Shown: piece by piece, positions 19,611 to 31,498 of the stretch
Position numbering within the stretch: position 1 is the stretch's first letter
Layout of the letters: each line of letters opens with the position of its first letter
DNA from: Verrucomicrobiales bacterium
Lineage (GTDB): Bacteria; Verrucomicrobiota; Verrucomicrobiia; Verrucomicrobiales; SLCJ01
DNA length: 64,000 nucleotides
Direction: 5' to 3'
Assembly (NCBI GenBank): GCA_046075565.1
Contig: JBJTQJ010000124.1
Coordinates: forward strand, 1-64,000
Translations under genes and position numbers: made by a program
Notes under the pieces: generated by a model
The model's database searches: none
What the model was told of the DNA's origin: nothing
Seen by the model: only the letters and a program-made list of their open reading frames with translations

Positions 19611-20525
19611 TCATTGGCCGGGCGGTCTGCCACTGAACATTCCGCGCCACCGATCGCGGCGCGCCTGCTCGTTCTTCGCATCCTCCTCGTAGATGGCCCG
19701 TTGTTCGGGTGTCAGCACGGCCTTGATGGCGGCGTCGCGGTCGGCTTGGGCGGCGGAGGGTGCTTCCGCTCCCGTGCCTGTTTCGACTTCCAGATTCGGA
19801 TCGGAAGATTTCACCATGATGCCGAAGACTTTGTCTTTTTGTTCCTCGCTCAGGTTGAGGCGGCGACCGAGGCGGTCGGTCTGTGAATTGGCCTGGCGTT
19901 CGAGGCGTTGGACACGATCAGCCGTCTGTTTCTTGTCGTATTTCTCGTATTGCTCGGGCGTCAGGGTTTCCTTGAGCGTGGCGTTCATCCCATCGGGCGA
20001 GAAGGGGCCTCCTCGTCCTCCCTCTTGGAATAGTTTTTCCGGGGTCATGGTCGGATCGGCGAGGCGGTCGTTGAATTTCTTCATCTCTTCATCGCCCAAG
20101 GCCGCGAGTTTCGTGCGCAGTTCCTCTTTTTGTGCGTCGTTGAGGCCGAGTTCCCCGGCCAGATCCTCGACCTGGCGGTCGATGCCGCGCATCATACCCT
20201 GACGGAACATGGGGGCGAGACGGTTGAGCAGAGGGCGGCTGTCTTGCAACAGCCCCTGCATGTCCTTCGCCATCGCCGCCTGCGGATCGGCAGCGCGTTC
20301 CTCTTCCGTCGGCGCGGCCACCTTCGGGGTGGCGGCGAGTTCGGCGGATTTGACCCGTTGTTCCAGTTCGGCGATGCGCTTGTTCGCCGCATCGAGGCCA
20401 CTTTTGTCCTCCATCGCCACGGCGGCGGGGGCGGTGACGGTTCCCTGTCCTGATTGCCAGACATAAATGGCTCCGCCGCCCAAGGCGGCACCGGCTATGA
20501 CGAGAATGAGTGGTGATGGTTTCAT
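19611..20525 (-). CDS. Hypothetical membrane-anchored helical protein (Spy/CpxP-like LTPEQ repeats)
   Basis: N-terminal TM, coiled coil, repeated LNDAQ/LTPEQ/LSEEQ. Confidence 0.65.
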   Translation of the reverse strand: MKPSPLILVIAGAALGGGAIYVWQSGQGTVTAPAAVAMEDKSGLDAANKRIAELEQRVKSAELAATPKVAAPTEEERAADPQAAMAKDMQGLLQDSRPLLNRLAPMFRQGMMRGIDRQVEDLAGELGLNDAQKEELRTKLAALGDEEMKKFNDRLADPTMTPEKLFQEGGRGGPFSPDGMNATLKETLTPEQYEKYDKKQTADRVQRLERQANSQTDRLGRRLNLSEEQKDKVFGIMVKSSDPNLEVETGTGAEAPSAAQADRDAAIKAVLTPEQRAIYEEDAKNEQARRDRWRGMFSGRPPGQ

Positions 20526-20685
20526 GGGATGGGGTGAGGAGGTATGCCTGCGGTCGGCAAGCGTTGCCGATTCAGCGGCCCGTCTGATTTTCGGCCAGAC
20601 CGGGACGGGTTGGCGTCACTTGGGCAATCTGACATCAAAAATCGGCGATCATCAATCGTCAATTTCCGCCTCCGTGGGGGCCGCA

Positions 20686-22623
20686 TCAGGATTTTTGACT
20701 CGCCCCGTTTTGCCCGTTGTGCGCCTCGAATTGCAGATGGTAGAGATGCTGGTATTCCGGGCAGGTGCGCAGGAGTTCGGCGTGGGAGCCGACGGCGAGC
20801 ACCCGGCCTTTTTCCATCATGACGATGGCGTCGGCGCTGAGAATGGTGGAAAGGCGGTGGGCGATGGCGATGACGGTCCGTCCGCGGCTGAGGGCATCGA
20901 TCGCTTCCTGGATGTGGCGTTCGGCTTCGGAGTCGAGCGCGGAGGTGGCTTCATCGAGCAGGAGGATGGGGGCGGAGCGCACGAAGGCGCGGGCGATGCT
21001 GAGACGTTGCTGCTGGCCGCCGGAGAGGTTCGAGCCTTTGTCACCAATGATGGTCTCGTAGCCTTTGTCCTGCGCGAGGATAAATTCGTGGGCGTGGGCC
21101 TTGCGCGCGGCTTCTTCGATCTCCTCCTTGGTGGCGTCGAGTTTCCCGTAGCGGATATTCTCGTAAATGGTGTCGTGGAACAGGAAGGTGTCCTGGTTGA
21201 CGATCCCGATGTTTTCGCGCAGCGAGGTTTGATTGTAGGCACGGATGTCCCGGCCGTCCACGAGCACGCGTCCTTCATCAGGATCGTAAAACCGGAGAAG
21301 CAGGGCGAAGAGGGTGCTCTTGCCCGCGCCACTCTGGCCGACAAGGGCGTAACGTTTACCTGCTTCCATTTTCAGGCTGATACCTTGCACGGCCGGGATG
21401 CCCTTTTTGTAGGAAAAGCCGATCTCGCGGAACTCGATTTCCCCATGGCATTTTTTCAATGGCACGGCGTCGGGCGCATCGGCAACATCCGGCTCTTGAT
21501 CCTGAATTTCAAAAACCTTGGTGGCCGCGACGACACATTTCTGGAGCATCACCTGAAGCTGGGACAAAGCCTTGGCATGAGGATAGATGGCAATGAGCGC
21601 GGCGTAGAGGATGAGGAAATTCGAAGCCGGCATCTTGACATACCAGGCATAGGCCAGTCCGAGAGCGATGCCAACCGAAGCGACCGTTTCAACCATTGGT
21701 CCGACAATTTCCACGGCCTTTTTCCAGCGCATGACCAGTTTTTCCAAGAGGGCGCTGCCTTTGTTGAAACGCTCGATTTCGTATTTCTCGCGCCCCAGGC
21801 TCTTCACCACCCGGATGCCGGCAAAGGCCTCGTGCATGGTCACCATGACCTGCCCGGCTTCTTCTTCCTCTTTTCCTCCGGCCTGCCGCACTTTCTGGCT
21901 GATGATGATGACCGGCAGCATGCAGAGCGGGAAAACGACCAGCGCGGCGATGGCAAAACGCCAATCGAGCCAGAGGATGGAAACCACATAGGTTACAATC
22001 GAGATCGGATGTTTGATCATGTTGGCCGCAAGATCACTGCCCAAGGTGGCCACCATGCGGGTCTGGTTGAAGACCGTCTGGATCAACTCGCCCGTCTTCT
22101 GCTTCGAATAGAAGCGCAGCGAGTGGTGCATGAGCTTCGAAAAAGTCTGCGAGCGTATGTCGTAGAGAACCTTTTGCCCGACCCAGAGCATGCAGTAGGT
22201 GTTAAAATACCCGAGCAAGCCGCGGATGAGGATGAGCAACGGTATTAGCCCGGCGGAGAGCAGAACCAACCAGATGCCATCCTCGTGTTCAATGCGGGGC
22301 TTCGGGACGTGGATCTGCCCGAAGAAAGGCACCGGGATTGTCTCCTCGGTTTTGTTGTTCGGAAGAACCATTTCGAAGACGAACTTCATCCCGAAAATGA
22401 CCACCGCGTTGAAGAGGCCGTAGAACACACCAATGAGGATGCCCAGAATGAAGCGACCCCGGTAGGGTTTCACATAAGAGAGCAGGCGCCCCATCGGCGC
22501 CTTGGCCTCCGAGAGGAATTCCGACGTGCTCAGGTTGGCCACGCTCTTGCGTGACAATTTCTTGATCGGCGCCCGCTTGCCGGTGACGGGCGGTTGCTTG
22601 GATCGTGAGGTGGAATCAGCCAT
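20686..22623 (-). CDS. MsbA-like ABC transporter (fused TMD-NBD)
   Basis: [35 protein letters not shown]. Confidence 0.92.
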   Translation of the reverse strand: MADSTSRSKQPPVTGKRAPIKKLSRKSVANLSTSEFLSEAKAPMGRLLSYVKPYRGRFILGILIGVFYGLFNAVVIFGMKFVFEMVLPNNKTEETIPVPFFGQIHVPKPRIEHEDGIWLVLLSAGLIPLLILIRGLLGYFNTYCMLWVGQKVLYDIRSQTFSKLMHHSLRFYSKQKTGELIQTVFNQTRMVATLGSDLAANMIKHPISIVTYVVSILWLDWRFAIAALVVFPLCMLPVIIISQKVRQAGGKEEEEAGQVMVTMHEAFAGIRVVKSLGREKYEIERFNKGSALLEKLVMRWKKAVEIVGPMVETVASVGIALGLAYAWYVKMPASNFLILYAALIAIYPHAKALSQLQVMLQKCVVAATKVFEIQDQEPDVADAPDAVPLKKCHGEIEFREIGFSYKKGIPAVQGISLKMEAGKRYALVGQSGAGKSTLFALLLRFYDPDEGRVLVDGRDIRAYNQTSLRENIGIVNQDTFLFHDTIYENIRYGKLDATKEEIEEAARKAHAHEFILAQDKGYETIIGDKGSNLSGGQQQRLSIARAFVRSAPILLLDEATSALDSEAERHIQEAIDALSRGRTVIAIAHRLSTILSADAIVMMEKGRVLAVGSHAELLRTCPEYQHLYHLQFEAHNGQNGASQKS

Positions 22624-23341
22624 GGAAATAGGCCGTCCACTCGGACGGAATGGTGGCGGCTTCGACACCCGATTGAATCCGCCCTTCGTTGGCCGGTTCA
22701 AAGGTGGTCGAAGTGCCATAGACCATGATCAGATCGGTGGAACTGATACTTTGCAGGGCATGGGCGACACCTGCCGGAATCACCACCCCGGCATTGTCGG
22801 GTCCGGGGCGGTCATCTCCTTCAATGACAAAACGCATCCGGCGGCGCGGCATTCCCGCCCGCTCGTCGATGAGGAACATCTCGCAGGTGCCCCGGATGAA
22901 GAACATGGCATCCCACTGCTCGTCGGCGTAGGGGCGCAGTGCATAATTCGTCGTCTCATGGACGAACAAGCGCTGGAACCAGTCTTCCGGCTTCACGCCT
23001 TCGGGGATACTCGGCGGGTGGATATGGAATCCCTTGGCCGTGCGGGCGAAAGTCATCGCCGTGGCCCATTGCGCCGGCCACATCCCGATGCGGCCGAGAC
23101 AACCCTGGCCTTTGCGGGCGAATTCGCCGAAATGGCCGCGCTGACGTTGCTGGAAAATCTTGCGTCCAAAGACTTCGACGCCGGGGATCCACCATTCCGG
23201 TTTTGCCTCCAGGTCCGCCAGTTCGCCCGCGCCCACACCCGGACCCGCGACCCGGCCGGCCAGGTCGCCTTTGGAATAATCTCGAAGTTCCAGGGCCGCG
23301 CGCGCTTCCGCCCGCAGGCCCTGCCATCTGTCATCTTGCAT
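22616..23341 (-). CDS. RmlC-like cupin (dTDP-4-dehydrorhamnose 3,5-epimerase family)
   Basis: [20 protein letters not shown]; overlaps the ABC gene start by 8 bp. Confidence 0.7.
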   Translation of the reverse strand: MQDDRWQGLRAEARAALELRDYSKGDLAGRVAGPGVGAGELADLEAKPEWWIPGVEVFGRKIFQQRQRGHFGEFARKGQGCLGRIGMWPAQWATAMTFARTAKGFHIHPPSIPEGVKPEDWFQRLFVHETTNYALRPYADEQWDAMFFIRGTCEMFLIDERAGMPRRRMRFVIEGDDRPGPDNAGVVIPAGVAHALQSISSTDLIMVYGTSTTFEPANEGRIQSGVEAATIPSEWTAYFHG

Positions 23342-23440
23342 GGTGCAACCCATAACCCCATCCTCCCCCGATGTAAAACTCCGGATTCTTGCTCGGGCCA
23401 GCGCCTGAAAGGACCTCTTCTGGCCGCCCGTTACCGCTCC

Positions 23441-25915
23441 ATGACCATTTTCCAGCCCATTTCCCGCGTTTTGGCCGGGATTTCCGCCCTTTTCCTCGCC
23501 AGCCCGATGCTCTTGGGCGCGGATGTTTCGCTGGGGACCGCCCCTGAGGGAAAGAAGGTTCTCTGGTATGAGAAACCCGCCACCCGCTGGGAAGAGGCCT
23601 TGCCAGTTGGGAACGGCCACCTCGGGGCCATGGTTTTCGGAGGGGCGGGGGAGGAACGGGTGCAGTTCAACGAGCACACGGTCTGGACCGGACAACCACG
23701 TTCCTACGCCAACGAGGGGGCGGTGAAAGTCCTGCCCGAACTCCGGGAAAACCTCCAGAAAATGCGCAAGCTCGAGCGGGAGGCCGCCGCCTCGGAATCC
23801 GCCGGGAAGAAAGAGGAGGCCAAAAAACTCGCGGACGAGGCGCTGGCCTTGCAGAAGTCGGCCGAGCAACTGGCCATGGCCGAATTCATGAGCGAACCGC
23901 TTCGCCAACTGGCCTACCAGCCTTGTGGCGACCTGATTTTGCAACAACCGCTCGCCGGCGAGGTCTCCGGCTACCGCCGCTGGCTCGATCTCGAGACTGC
24001 CACCACCACTACCGAATTCACCCATGGTGGCGTCCGGTATCGCCGGGAAGTCATCGCATCGCATCCCGCCAAAGCCATTGTCATGCACCTGACCGCCGAT
24101 AAACCCAGTGCTCTGGATCTCGAAATTGGTCTTACGAGTCCGCACAAAGGCGCGACGACCACCATCGATGGGAAGAACCGGCTTCTTCTCGATGGCATGG
24201 TCCAGAAAGACGGAATCCGATTTTGTTCCAGGCTTCACCTCGCGCATGTCGGCGGTTCGATTGAAGCGGCGGGCGATAAACTTCGTGTCGCCAAAGCCGA
24301 TGCTGTAACCCTCTTGCTGGTGACGGCCACGAACTTCCGCGACTTCCGGAATCTCGGTGCGCATCCCGGTGCGCTCTCCCTCAATCTTCTAGATGCCCCA
24401 TCTTCCCTGTCCTGGGAAAAACTGGCGTCCACGCATCGCGCCGACCATGCTGCTTTGTTCTCGCGGGTCGAACTCGATCTCGGAGGCAACGAACGCGGAA
24501 AGTGGCCGACCGACAAACGATTGTCCTCCTATGCCGAAGGCGGCGACCCCGGCCTCGCGGCATTGCTTTTCCACTATGGTCGTTACCTGCTCATCGCCTG
24601 CAGCCGTCCCGGCGGGCAGCCTGCCAATCTCCAGGGGATTTGGAACGACAGCATGCGTCCACCCTGGGATAGCAAATACACATGCAATATAAACACACAG
24701 ATGAACTACTGGCCGGCACTGGTCACCGCTTTGCCCGAATGCCAGGAAGCGTTGAACCGAGCCATCGGCGAACTTCAGGAATCCGGACGCGAGACGGCGC
24801 GTCTTCACTACGGTCTCGAAGGATGGGTGTTACACCATAATTTCGACCTCTGGCGAGGGACGGCACCCATCAACAATTCGAACCACGGCATCTGGCCGAC
24901 CGGAGGAGCCTGGCTTTGTTACCATCTCTGGGAGCAATTTCTTTTCACCGGGGATAAGAAGTTTCTCGCCGATACCGCCTATGGACCCATGCGCGAGGCT
25001 TGCCGCTTCTTCGGGAATTTTCTCATCCGCGACCCCATCACCGGCCATCTGATCAGCGGTCCATCCAACTCCCCGGAACAAGGCGGCTTGGTCATGGGTC
25101 CGGCCATGGACCATCAGATCATCCGCTCGCTTTTCCACGCGACTGCCGCTGCGGCGGAAATCCTTGGACGCGACGCCGCCGACGCCAAACGTTGGCTCGA
25201 AATGGCTGAGGCCATTGTTCCGCATCAAATTGGCAAACACGGCCAGCTCCAGGAGTGGACGGAGGACAAGGATGATCCGAAAAACCAGCACCGGCACGTC
25301 AGTCACCTCTGGGCGGTCCATCCCGGTCCCGATCTGACTTGGCGTGATGGTCCCGCTTTCGCCGCCGCCCGCCAGTCGCTGGAATTCCGCGGCGACGAGG
25401 CCACCGGTTGGTCCATGGGGTGGAAGATCAACCTGTGGGCGCGTTTCCTCGACGGCGATCGCGCCCACGTCATTGCCCGCAATCTGATCAAACCCGCGCT
25501 TGGCGCCAAAGGCGGCCGGGGCACAAGCGGTCTTTACCCCAATCTCTTTGATGCCCACCCGCCTTTCCAGATCGACGGCAATTTCGGCTACACCGCCGGG
25601 ATCGCGGAAATGCTGCTGCAAAGCCATGTTCCGGTGAAACCAAATGTCACCGCCGGTCCGTTTATCCTGCACCTGTTGCCAGCGTTGCCGTCGGTCTGGC
25701 CCGATGGCGAGGTGAAGGGATTGCACGCCCGAGGTGGCTTTGTCGTCGATTTGACATGGAAATCCGGAAAGCTGGAAAAGGCCCGCGTGAAAAGCAACCT
25801 CGGCGGTCCGCTCACTCTGCGCGCGAAGCTCCAAGGCAAGGACACAGACACCATATTCCCCACCATCGCGGGGCAAACGTTGGAACTGGATGCAACTCTG
25901 AAAGTGGCGAAGTGA
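23441..25915 (+). CDS. Glycoside hydrolase family 95 (alpha-1,2-L-fucosidase-like), secreted
   Basis: [56 protein letters not shown]. Confidence 0.93.
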   Translation: MTIFQPISRVLAGISALFLASPMLLGADVSLGTAPEGKKVLWYEKPATRWEEALPVGNGHLGAMVFGGAGEERVQFNEHTVWTGQPRSYANEGAVKVLPELRENLQKMRKLEREAAASESAGKKEEAKKLADEALALQKSAEQLAMAEFMSEPLRQLAYQPCGDLILQQPLAGEVSGYRRWLDLETATTTTEFTHGGVRYRREVIASHPAKAIVMHLTADKPSALDLEIGLTSPHKGATTTIDGKNRLLLDGMVQKDGIRFCSRLHLAHVGGSIEAAGDKLRVAKADAVTLLLVTATNFRDFRNLGAHPGALSLNLLDAPSSLSWEKLASTHRADHAALFSRVELDLGGNERGKWPTDKRLSSYAEGGDPGLAALLFHYGRYLLIACSRPGGQPANLQGIWNDSMRPPWDSKYTCNINTQMNYWPALVTALPECQEALNRAIGELQESGRETARLHYGLEGWVLHHNFDLWRGTAPINNSNHGIWPTGGAWLCYHLWEQFLFTGDKKFLADTAYGPMREACRFFGNFLIRDPITGHLISGPSNSPEQGGLVMGPAMDHQIIRSLFHATAAAAEILGRDAADAKRWLEMAEAIVPHQIGKHGQLQEWTEDKDDPKNQHRHVSHLWAVHPGPDLTWRDGPAFAAARQSLEFRGDEATGWSMGWKINLWARFLDGDRAHVIARNLIKPALGAKGGRGTSGLYPNLFDAHPPFQIDGNFGYTAGIAEMLLQSHVPVKPNVTAGPFILHLLPALPSVWPDGEVKGLHARGGFVVDLTWKSGKLEKARVKSNLGGPLTLRAKLQGKDTDTIFPTIAGQTLELDATLKVAK

Positions 25916-25931
25916 AAGGCCGGGAAGGCGA

Positions 25932-26588
25932 TCACGCTCCCTCCGCCGGTTCTTCCGGCGGCAGTTCCTCCAGTTCGATCAACTCGCCTTTGAAGTTCTT
26001 GACCACGTATTCGAGGATTTGATCCGGGACATACGGTTTTTCTCCTTTGAAGCCGCCGTATTTCAATCCGTCGATGACACCCTTTTTCTGCGTGCCGTTT
26101 TTCTCATACCAGATGGAGGCGAGGCCTTTGCTCATCCATTTCCGAGTGTCCACGCGCCGGATTTCGGTGATGTCGATGGGTTCGGTGCCCGGGAGAATGA
26201 GTTTTCCCTCGCGCAATGCCATTCGTGTTCCCACGGCGCGGACGGCCAACACGAGGATGATCAGCGTGGCGACCGAGCAGACGACCATGCCCCACATCTG
26301 CTGGGCGATTTTCGCGTCGTCCACTTTGAAAGGTTCGAGCTTCTTCTCGTCCTCGTAATCATCCCATCCGTTCTGACGTGCGACATCGGCCCACTTGCGC
26401 AGGCCTTCATCTCCATCTTTGGCGTAGCTGAGGTAGGTCTGGTAGATTTCTGCTTTCTTCGGGTAGCCAATCTTCCAGTCATAGGCGAAATAGGCCGCGA
26501 AGAGACCGAACATGGCCAGCATGATGAGCATACGACGGGTATACCACGGCGTCAGGGGGGCATCGAAAGAGGGAAGTGAAGAACTCAT
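25932..26588 (-). CDS. Hypothetical membrane protein
   Basis: Two TM segments; ATGA overlap with the upstream synthase gene. Confidence 0.7.
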   Translation of the reverse strand: MSSSLPSFDAPLTPWYTRRMLIMLAMFGLFAAYFAYDWKIGYPKKAEIYQTYLSYAKDGDEGLRKWADVARQNGWDDYEDEKKLEPFKVDDAKIAQQMWGMVVCSVATLIILVLAVRAVGTRMALREGKLILPGTEPIDITEIRRVDTRKWMSKGLASIWYEKNGTQKKGVIDGLKYGGFKGEKPYVPDQILEYVVKNFKGELIELEELPPEEPAEGA

Positions 26589-27460
26589 GGGTTTCGGCGG
26601 TTCCGGAGCCACGAACGGGCGGCAAGCCGGAGTTTGCGATGAAGGGGAGTATAGGCGCGGCGGTTGAGGCTGTCGCCTCCGATTTTCTCGATTTGGTTTA
26701 GGATGTCGGCGTAAATATCCCGCATCAGCCGGACCGTCAACCTTGAACCGTCGTTCGCCAACAATGGAATCCCTTCGTCCGCCCGACGGTAGTAAGCGCG
26801 GGCGCGTTCGACCTGGATATCGAGAAATTTTCGCCAGACGGCATCAGGTTGACGGCGGCGCAGGTAGGCCTCGTCCAATCCATGGGCGGCCAGTTCATCG
26901 GCGGGGAGGTAAATGCGATCCCGCTCCAGATCCTCGCCCACATCCCGGAGGATATTCGTGAGTTGCATCGCGATACCCAGATCAATGGCGCGGTCGCGGC
27001 CGGAGGGGTCCGAGAGTCCGAAAACCGGACAAAGCACCAGCCCGACCACCGAAGCGACATGGTAGCAGTAGTCGCGGAGTTCTTCCCAGTTCGCGATGCG
27101 CACCCGTCCCTGATCGCGACCCACCCCTTCGACCAGTTCAGCAAAAGGCTCTTTCTCGAGACCGAAGCGCTGGACCGCCTCCGCGAAGGCCGCCGCGAAC
27201 GGCCAATCCCGTTTTCCCTCGCGGGTGATGGCATCGAATGTTTGCTCCAGTTCCCGCACCGCCGCCGCCACATCCGCGCCCGGTCCGGCTTCGTCCACCA
27301 AATCATCGGCATGACGGCAAAACGCGTATATGGCATAGGCCGCCCGCCTCTTTTCCTCTGGCAATGGGAACGACGCGAAGTAAAAGCTCTTCGCGTGGCG
27401 ACGGGTGGATTCCCGGCACCAGACATGGCTGCGCGCCAGACTCAAGGCATCATCGGGCAT
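26585..27460 (-). CDS. Phytoene/squalene synthase family protein
   Basis: AKSFYFAS, YAFCRHADDLVD, YCYHVASVVG, QLTNILRDVGED. Confidence 0.9.
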   Translation of the reverse strand: MPDDALSLARSHVWCRESTRRHAKSFYFASFPLPEEKRRAAYAIYAFCRHADDLVDEAGPGADVAAAVRELEQTFDAITREGKRDWPFAAAFAEAVQRFGLEKEPFAELVEGVGRDQGRVRIANWEELRDYCYHVASVVGLVLCPVFGLSDPSGRDRAIDLGIAMQLTNILRDVGEDLERDRIYLPADELAAHGLDEAYLRRRQPDAVWRKFLDIQVERARAYYRRADEGIPLLANDGSRLTVRLMRDIYADILNQIEKIGGDSLNRRAYTPLHRKLRLAARSWLRNRRNP

Positions 27461-27520
27461 GAGCCGCAACCATGGAAAGGAAACCCGCCATGGCAAGAAG
27501 GCGCGCGAGGAAAATGCACG

Positions 27521-28066
27521 TCACGAACCCGCCAATGCGGTCGCGCGCATGCGGACAAGCTCCTGATAGCGCTGACGAGCCCGCTGGGTAACCTCGTCAG
27601 CTTTTTCGCGGTCGCCCTTGTAGAGCATCGCCAGATTGTTGCGCAGACGCGCGCATTCCTCGCTCACGGATGAACCCACCGTTTCCATACCCCGGACCGC
27701 CGCTTCATATTGGCGCAGAGCCTCGGTGGCTTGGCCGCGCTCTTCCGCAATGTCGCCCAGTCCGGCCCGTGAGAAGGCCAGTTGCCGACTGAGTGTTCCA
27801 TAGTCCGAACCCAAACGGAGCACATCCTTGTAAATGGCTTCGGCAATATCAAGGAAACCGGTATGACGCCGGATATCCGCCTCAACGAGCAGGGAATCGA
27901 GCAGGAAGCCCACCGATTCATCGTCGTCCGCCATGAGGAGTCAACGCGCCGACTCCACCCCTGCTTGGGCGGCTTCGATGGCCTCTTCAAAGAGTCCCTG
28001 ATCATAAAGACTTTGGGCCCGGTTCTCGAGAAGCTGGTTCATGGGGCTGAGGGTGGCAACAGGCAT
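27521..28066 (-). pseudogene. TPR protein gene interrupted by an in-frame TGA
   Basis: MPVATLSPMNQLLENRAQSLYDQGLFEEAIEAAQAGVESAR*LLMADDDES... (TGA at 27941-27943) continues in frame to NNLAMLY. Confidence 0.7.
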
Positions 28067-28134
28067 GGTTGGAATTGCGAGTAGGGTATCTTATAGTTTT
28101 TATAGAAAAATAGGTAATTAGGCAAGTCTTAAAA

Positions 28135-28671
28135 TCAAGAGACCTGCAACGCAGAAAAGAGAGAAGCCCGACTGGGGGGGAGTCGGTGGAAGGTGTCGAG
28201 CAGTGCCGCTGCACCCGGACTTCCGCTCGAAACGAGTCCCTGAATCGCCGCCACACGGTCCTCGAAGCGTGTGACCGCCGCCGGGCTGGGTTCATGGTCC
28301 GTCAACCAGTCCAAAGCCTTATTTAGCAGTGTATTAAGTTCAGGAATAGGGGTCTCGGTTTCCGCTACCAATTCAATCAACGATGTGAAATACGAGGCAG
28401 TTAATGTCCGCTGGTATCGCTCCCTCAAACCCAGCCGATGAGACTCGACCACCACCTCCCGGAGGCTGTGCAAATCGCCCCGGCGGGCGGGTTGCCAGGC
28501 GATGTCCGCCTCAAAAAAAAGATCCAATTTTCCTGCAAAAGGGCTTTTTGGGCCCCTAGCGCCCTTCGCCGCCGTGCGCAAAAGGCCATGGCTGGCCGTG
28601 CACCAGACGAGGATCAGGCTCGTCTCCCCGAGGGGATATTTCCGTAAAAGGGTGGCGCGTGATTGGAGCAT
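28135..28671 (-). CDS. recO: DNA repair protein RecO (short form)
   Basis: [32 protein letters not shown]. Confidence 0.85.
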   Translation of the reverse strand: MLQSRATLLRKYPLGETSLILVWCTASHGLLRTAAKGARGPKSPFAGKLDLFFEADIAWQPARRGDLHSLREVVVESHRLGLRERYQRTLTASYFTSLIELVAETETPIPELNTLLNKALDWLTDHEPSPAAVTRFEDRVAAIQGLVSSGSPGAAALLDTFHRLPPSRASLFSALQVS

Positions 28672-28734
28672 CGGTCGGCGGAAAAGTTGCAATCGGGTCG
28701 CGATGGGGAGAGATTACGCGCTTTCGCCCGACTT

Positions 28735-29865
28735 ATGGAGGAAAAATCCAAGATTCTCACACTCGACAAGCTGAACGACTTCGACGGACAGGGCCTGCGT
28801 GCCCGGCTGGAAGAGCTTGGTCGATTCATGGGCCTCGCCCAACGCCGCAAGGAACTCGAATGCCTCGAGGAGGAAATGAACGTCGAGGGCTTCTGGGACA
28901 GCAAGGACGCTGCCCAGAAAAAAATGGGCGAGGTGAACCGTCTCCGCGGCCTCGTCCAACCCTACGACGCTCTCGTCCGCCGCATCGATGACCTCGAAGC
29001 ACTCGTGGAACTCGTCCGTGAAGCTGGCGACAACGAAATGGTCGGCGAGGTGATGGCCGAGCTGGCCGCTCTGGAAAAAGGCCTGGCCGATTTCGAACTG
29101 AAACAATTCCTTTCCGGAAAATTCGACGGCGGAAATGTCTATCTTACCATCCATGCCGGAGCCGGCGGCACCGAATCCTGCGACTGGGCCGACATGCTCT
29201 TCCGCATGTATCGGCGATGGGCTGAACGTCGCGGCTACCAGGTCGAAGTGATCGACTTCGCCGATGGCGATGAAGCGGGCATCCGTTCCGCCACCCTCAA
29301 GATTGCCGGCGAGTATGTCTACGGGTTCCTCCAGTGCGAGCGCGGTGTCCACCGCCTCGTCCGGATTTCCCCGTTCGATGCCAATGCCCGCCGCCACACC
29401 AGTTTCGCCAGCGTGGATGCCACCCCCGAAGTGGACGACGATATCCAAATCACCATCGAGGAACGGGACCTCAAGATCGATACCTATCGCGCCGGCGGTA
29501 AGGGCGGACAGAACGTCAACAAGGTGGAAACTGCCGTGCGTATCACCCACGTGCCCAGCGGTGTGGTCGTCGCCTGCCAGGTCGAGCGTTCCCAAGGCCG
29601 GAACCGCGAGCTCGCCATGAACATGCTCAAGGCGAAACTTTACCAGATCGAAGAGGACAAACTGCGCGGCGAGGCCGAACGCCAGTATGGTGAAAAAGGC
29701 GAGATCGCCTGGGGCAGCCAGATCCGCTCTTATGTTTTCCAACCCTACCAGATGGTGAAAGACCACCGCACCGGCGAGGAATCCGGCAACATCCAGGAAG
29801 TCATGGATGGTGCGCTCGATCCCTTCATCGAGGCCAAACTGCGCGGCCAAAAAGCGCGGGAGTAA
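28735..29865 (+). CDS. prfB: Peptide chain release factor 2
   Basis: [22 protein letters not shown] (SPF motif), [16 protein letters not shown]. Confidence 0.97.
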   Translation: MEEKSKILTLDKLNDFDGQGLRARLEELGRFMGLAQRRKELECLEEEMNVEGFWDSKDAAQKKMGEVNRLRGLVQPYDALVRRIDDLEALVELVREAGDNEMVGEVMAELAALEKGLADFELKQFLSGKFDGGNVYLTIHAGAGGTESCDWADMLFRMYRRWAERRGYQVEVIDFADGDEAGIRSATLKIAGEYVYGFLQCERGVHRLVRISPFDANARRHTSFASVDATPEVDDDIQITIEERDLKIDTYRAGGKGGQNVNKVETAVRITHVPSGVVVACQVERSQGRNRELAMNMLKAKLYQIEEDKLRGEAERQYGEKGEIAWGSQIRSYVFQPYQMVKDHRTGEESGNIQEVMDGALDPFIEAKLRGQKARE

Positions 29866-29875
29866 TTCTTCCGTC

Positions 29876-30574
29876 ATGCGCTTCGATATCCTCACGCTCT
29901 TTCCCGGCATTTGCGAAGGACCGCTCAATGAGAGTATCCTCAAACGCGCCCGCGAACGCGGATTGATCGAAGTCGGACTGCACGATATCCGCGATCATTG
30001 CACCGACAAGCACCGTCAGGCCGACGACTACCCATTTGGCGGTGGTTCGGGGATGGTCATGAAACCCGAACCGGTTTTCTCGGCCATTGAGGCGGTGCGA
30101 CGGCCGGACAGCCGCGTCGTCTTTCTCACCCCGCAAGGTAGGCGGTTCGAACAGGCCGATGCCCGGCGGCTCTCCGCGTCACCGCACCTTGTTTTGTTAT
30201 GCGGTCATTATGAAGGGCTCGATCACCGTGTCGTCGAATCGCTCGTGGACGAGGAAATTTCCATCGGTGATTACGTGCTCACCAACGGAGCCATTGCCGC
30301 CGTCGTTGTGCTGGATGCCATTGCCCGCTTGCTCCCCGGTGTGCTCGGTGACGCCGATTCGCCCGTGCACGAGAGTTTCTCCGAAGGCCTTCTCGAAGCG
30401 CCCCAATACACCCGGCCTGCCGAATTCCGGGGCATGAAAGTCCCGGACATTCTTCTCGGCGGCAACCACGCCGCCATCGCCCGTTGGCGGCAGGAAATGT
30501 CCATCGAACGAACGCGCAAGAACCGGCCGGATTTGTTGGAGAAGCGGAAGAACACGAGGCCGGGAGAAGATTGA
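29876..30574 (+). CDS. trmD: tRNA (guanine37-N1)-methyltransferase
   Basis: DDYPFGGGSGMVMKPEP, CGHYEGLD, SIGDYVLT, PQYTRP. Confidence 0.97.
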   Translation: MRFDILTLFPGICEGPLNESILKRARERGLIEVGLHDIRDHCTDKHRQADDYPFGGGSGMVMKPEPVFSAIEAVRRPDSRVVFLTPQGRRFEQADARRLSASPHLVLLCGHYEGLDHRVVESLVDEEISIGDYVLTNGAIAAVVVLDAIARLLPGVLGDADSPVHESFSEGLLEAPQYTRPAEFRGMKVPDILLGGNHAAIARWRQEMSIERTRKNRPDLLEKRKNTRPGED

Positions 30575-30667
30575 GCAGATGAACTGGCCTAAGGCCGATG
30601 GTTTTACCCAATCCCGACAGGATTGCGCTCAAATCCGTGGGTCGTGCCGGTAACACTTCTCTCCCCC

Positions 30668-31387
30668 AATCCCAACGGGATTGTGTCCCAAAGCCCGGGG
30701 TTGTCCCGCGACGCGGGGCTACCCCGGGAATGTAAAACCAAGACAATCTAAACCCTGAAAGGGTTTTGTCCTGTGGGTTAACAGGCCACACTCTCACCAT
30801 GCAAAGTCCGAGACATCGCCATGGGCCAGTCACTTTCCGCAGTGTATCTGCATCTGATTTTTTCAACCAAGAACCGCGAGCCTTGGTTGATTGACCCCGC
30901 CTTTCGCGAGCAGGTGTTGTCATTCATCGGCGGTATTTCACCGGAAGCTGGTTGCCCTCCAATCATCGTCGGTGGAGTCGCCGATCATGTGCATCTGCTT
31001 GCGAGGTTCGGGCGGGATATCTGCCAAGCGGACTGGGTTAAGGAAACCAAGCGCGTCTCCAGCCTATGGATCAAGGATCAGCGCAATTCAATGGCAGGGT
31101 TCTCTTGGCAGGCAGGCTATGGAATTTTTTCAGTCAGCGCGTCTTCGGTTTAGCAAGTCACTTCCTACATGGCCGGACAGGAGGAGCATCACCGGACTAT
31201 GACATTCCAGGAAGAATACCGGCGTTTCCTCGAGAAACACGGAGTCGAGTGGGACGAGCGGTATGTTTGGGATTGAGCGATGTGACCCGGACAGAACCCC
31301 TTCAGGGTTCAATTTCTTTTTGGCGGTATTCCTGGGGTAGGTCCTGCGGACCAACCCCGGGCTTTGGGACGGAACCCCGTTGGGGTT
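30668..31387. mobile_element. Y1-transposase element bounded by ~100-bp imperfect inverted, palindrome-rich arms
   Basis: Left arm 30668-30770 and inverted right arm 31290-31387 share CCCAACGGG, GTCCCAAAGCCCGGGGTTG, CTACCCC and AACCCTGAA.GGGTT. Confidence 0.75.
30821..31276 (+). pseudogene. tnpA: IS200/IS605-type HUH (Y1) transposase with an internal TAG
   Basis: LHLIFSTKNR, DHVHLL, KRVSSLW, FSWQAGYG.FSVS, TAG at 31151-31153, then in-frame YMAGQEEHH...FQEEYRRFL...DERYVWD. Confidence 0.88.
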
Positions 31388-31498
31388 CACAGTCGCGGAC
31401 GCAGCTTGCTAACGAGGACCGTAGTCTTCCAAGTCAGGGATATCCCTGATGTTGGATTCCCCGTAAAGGCTGGCCTCAAGAACTGCGCGTCATGCCGC

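Noticed and set aside
22502-23440. 1137-aa version of GH95 and 582-aa version of the cupin
   Set aside because: The N-terminal extensions are antisense to the divergent neighbour; the real starts are 23441 and 23341
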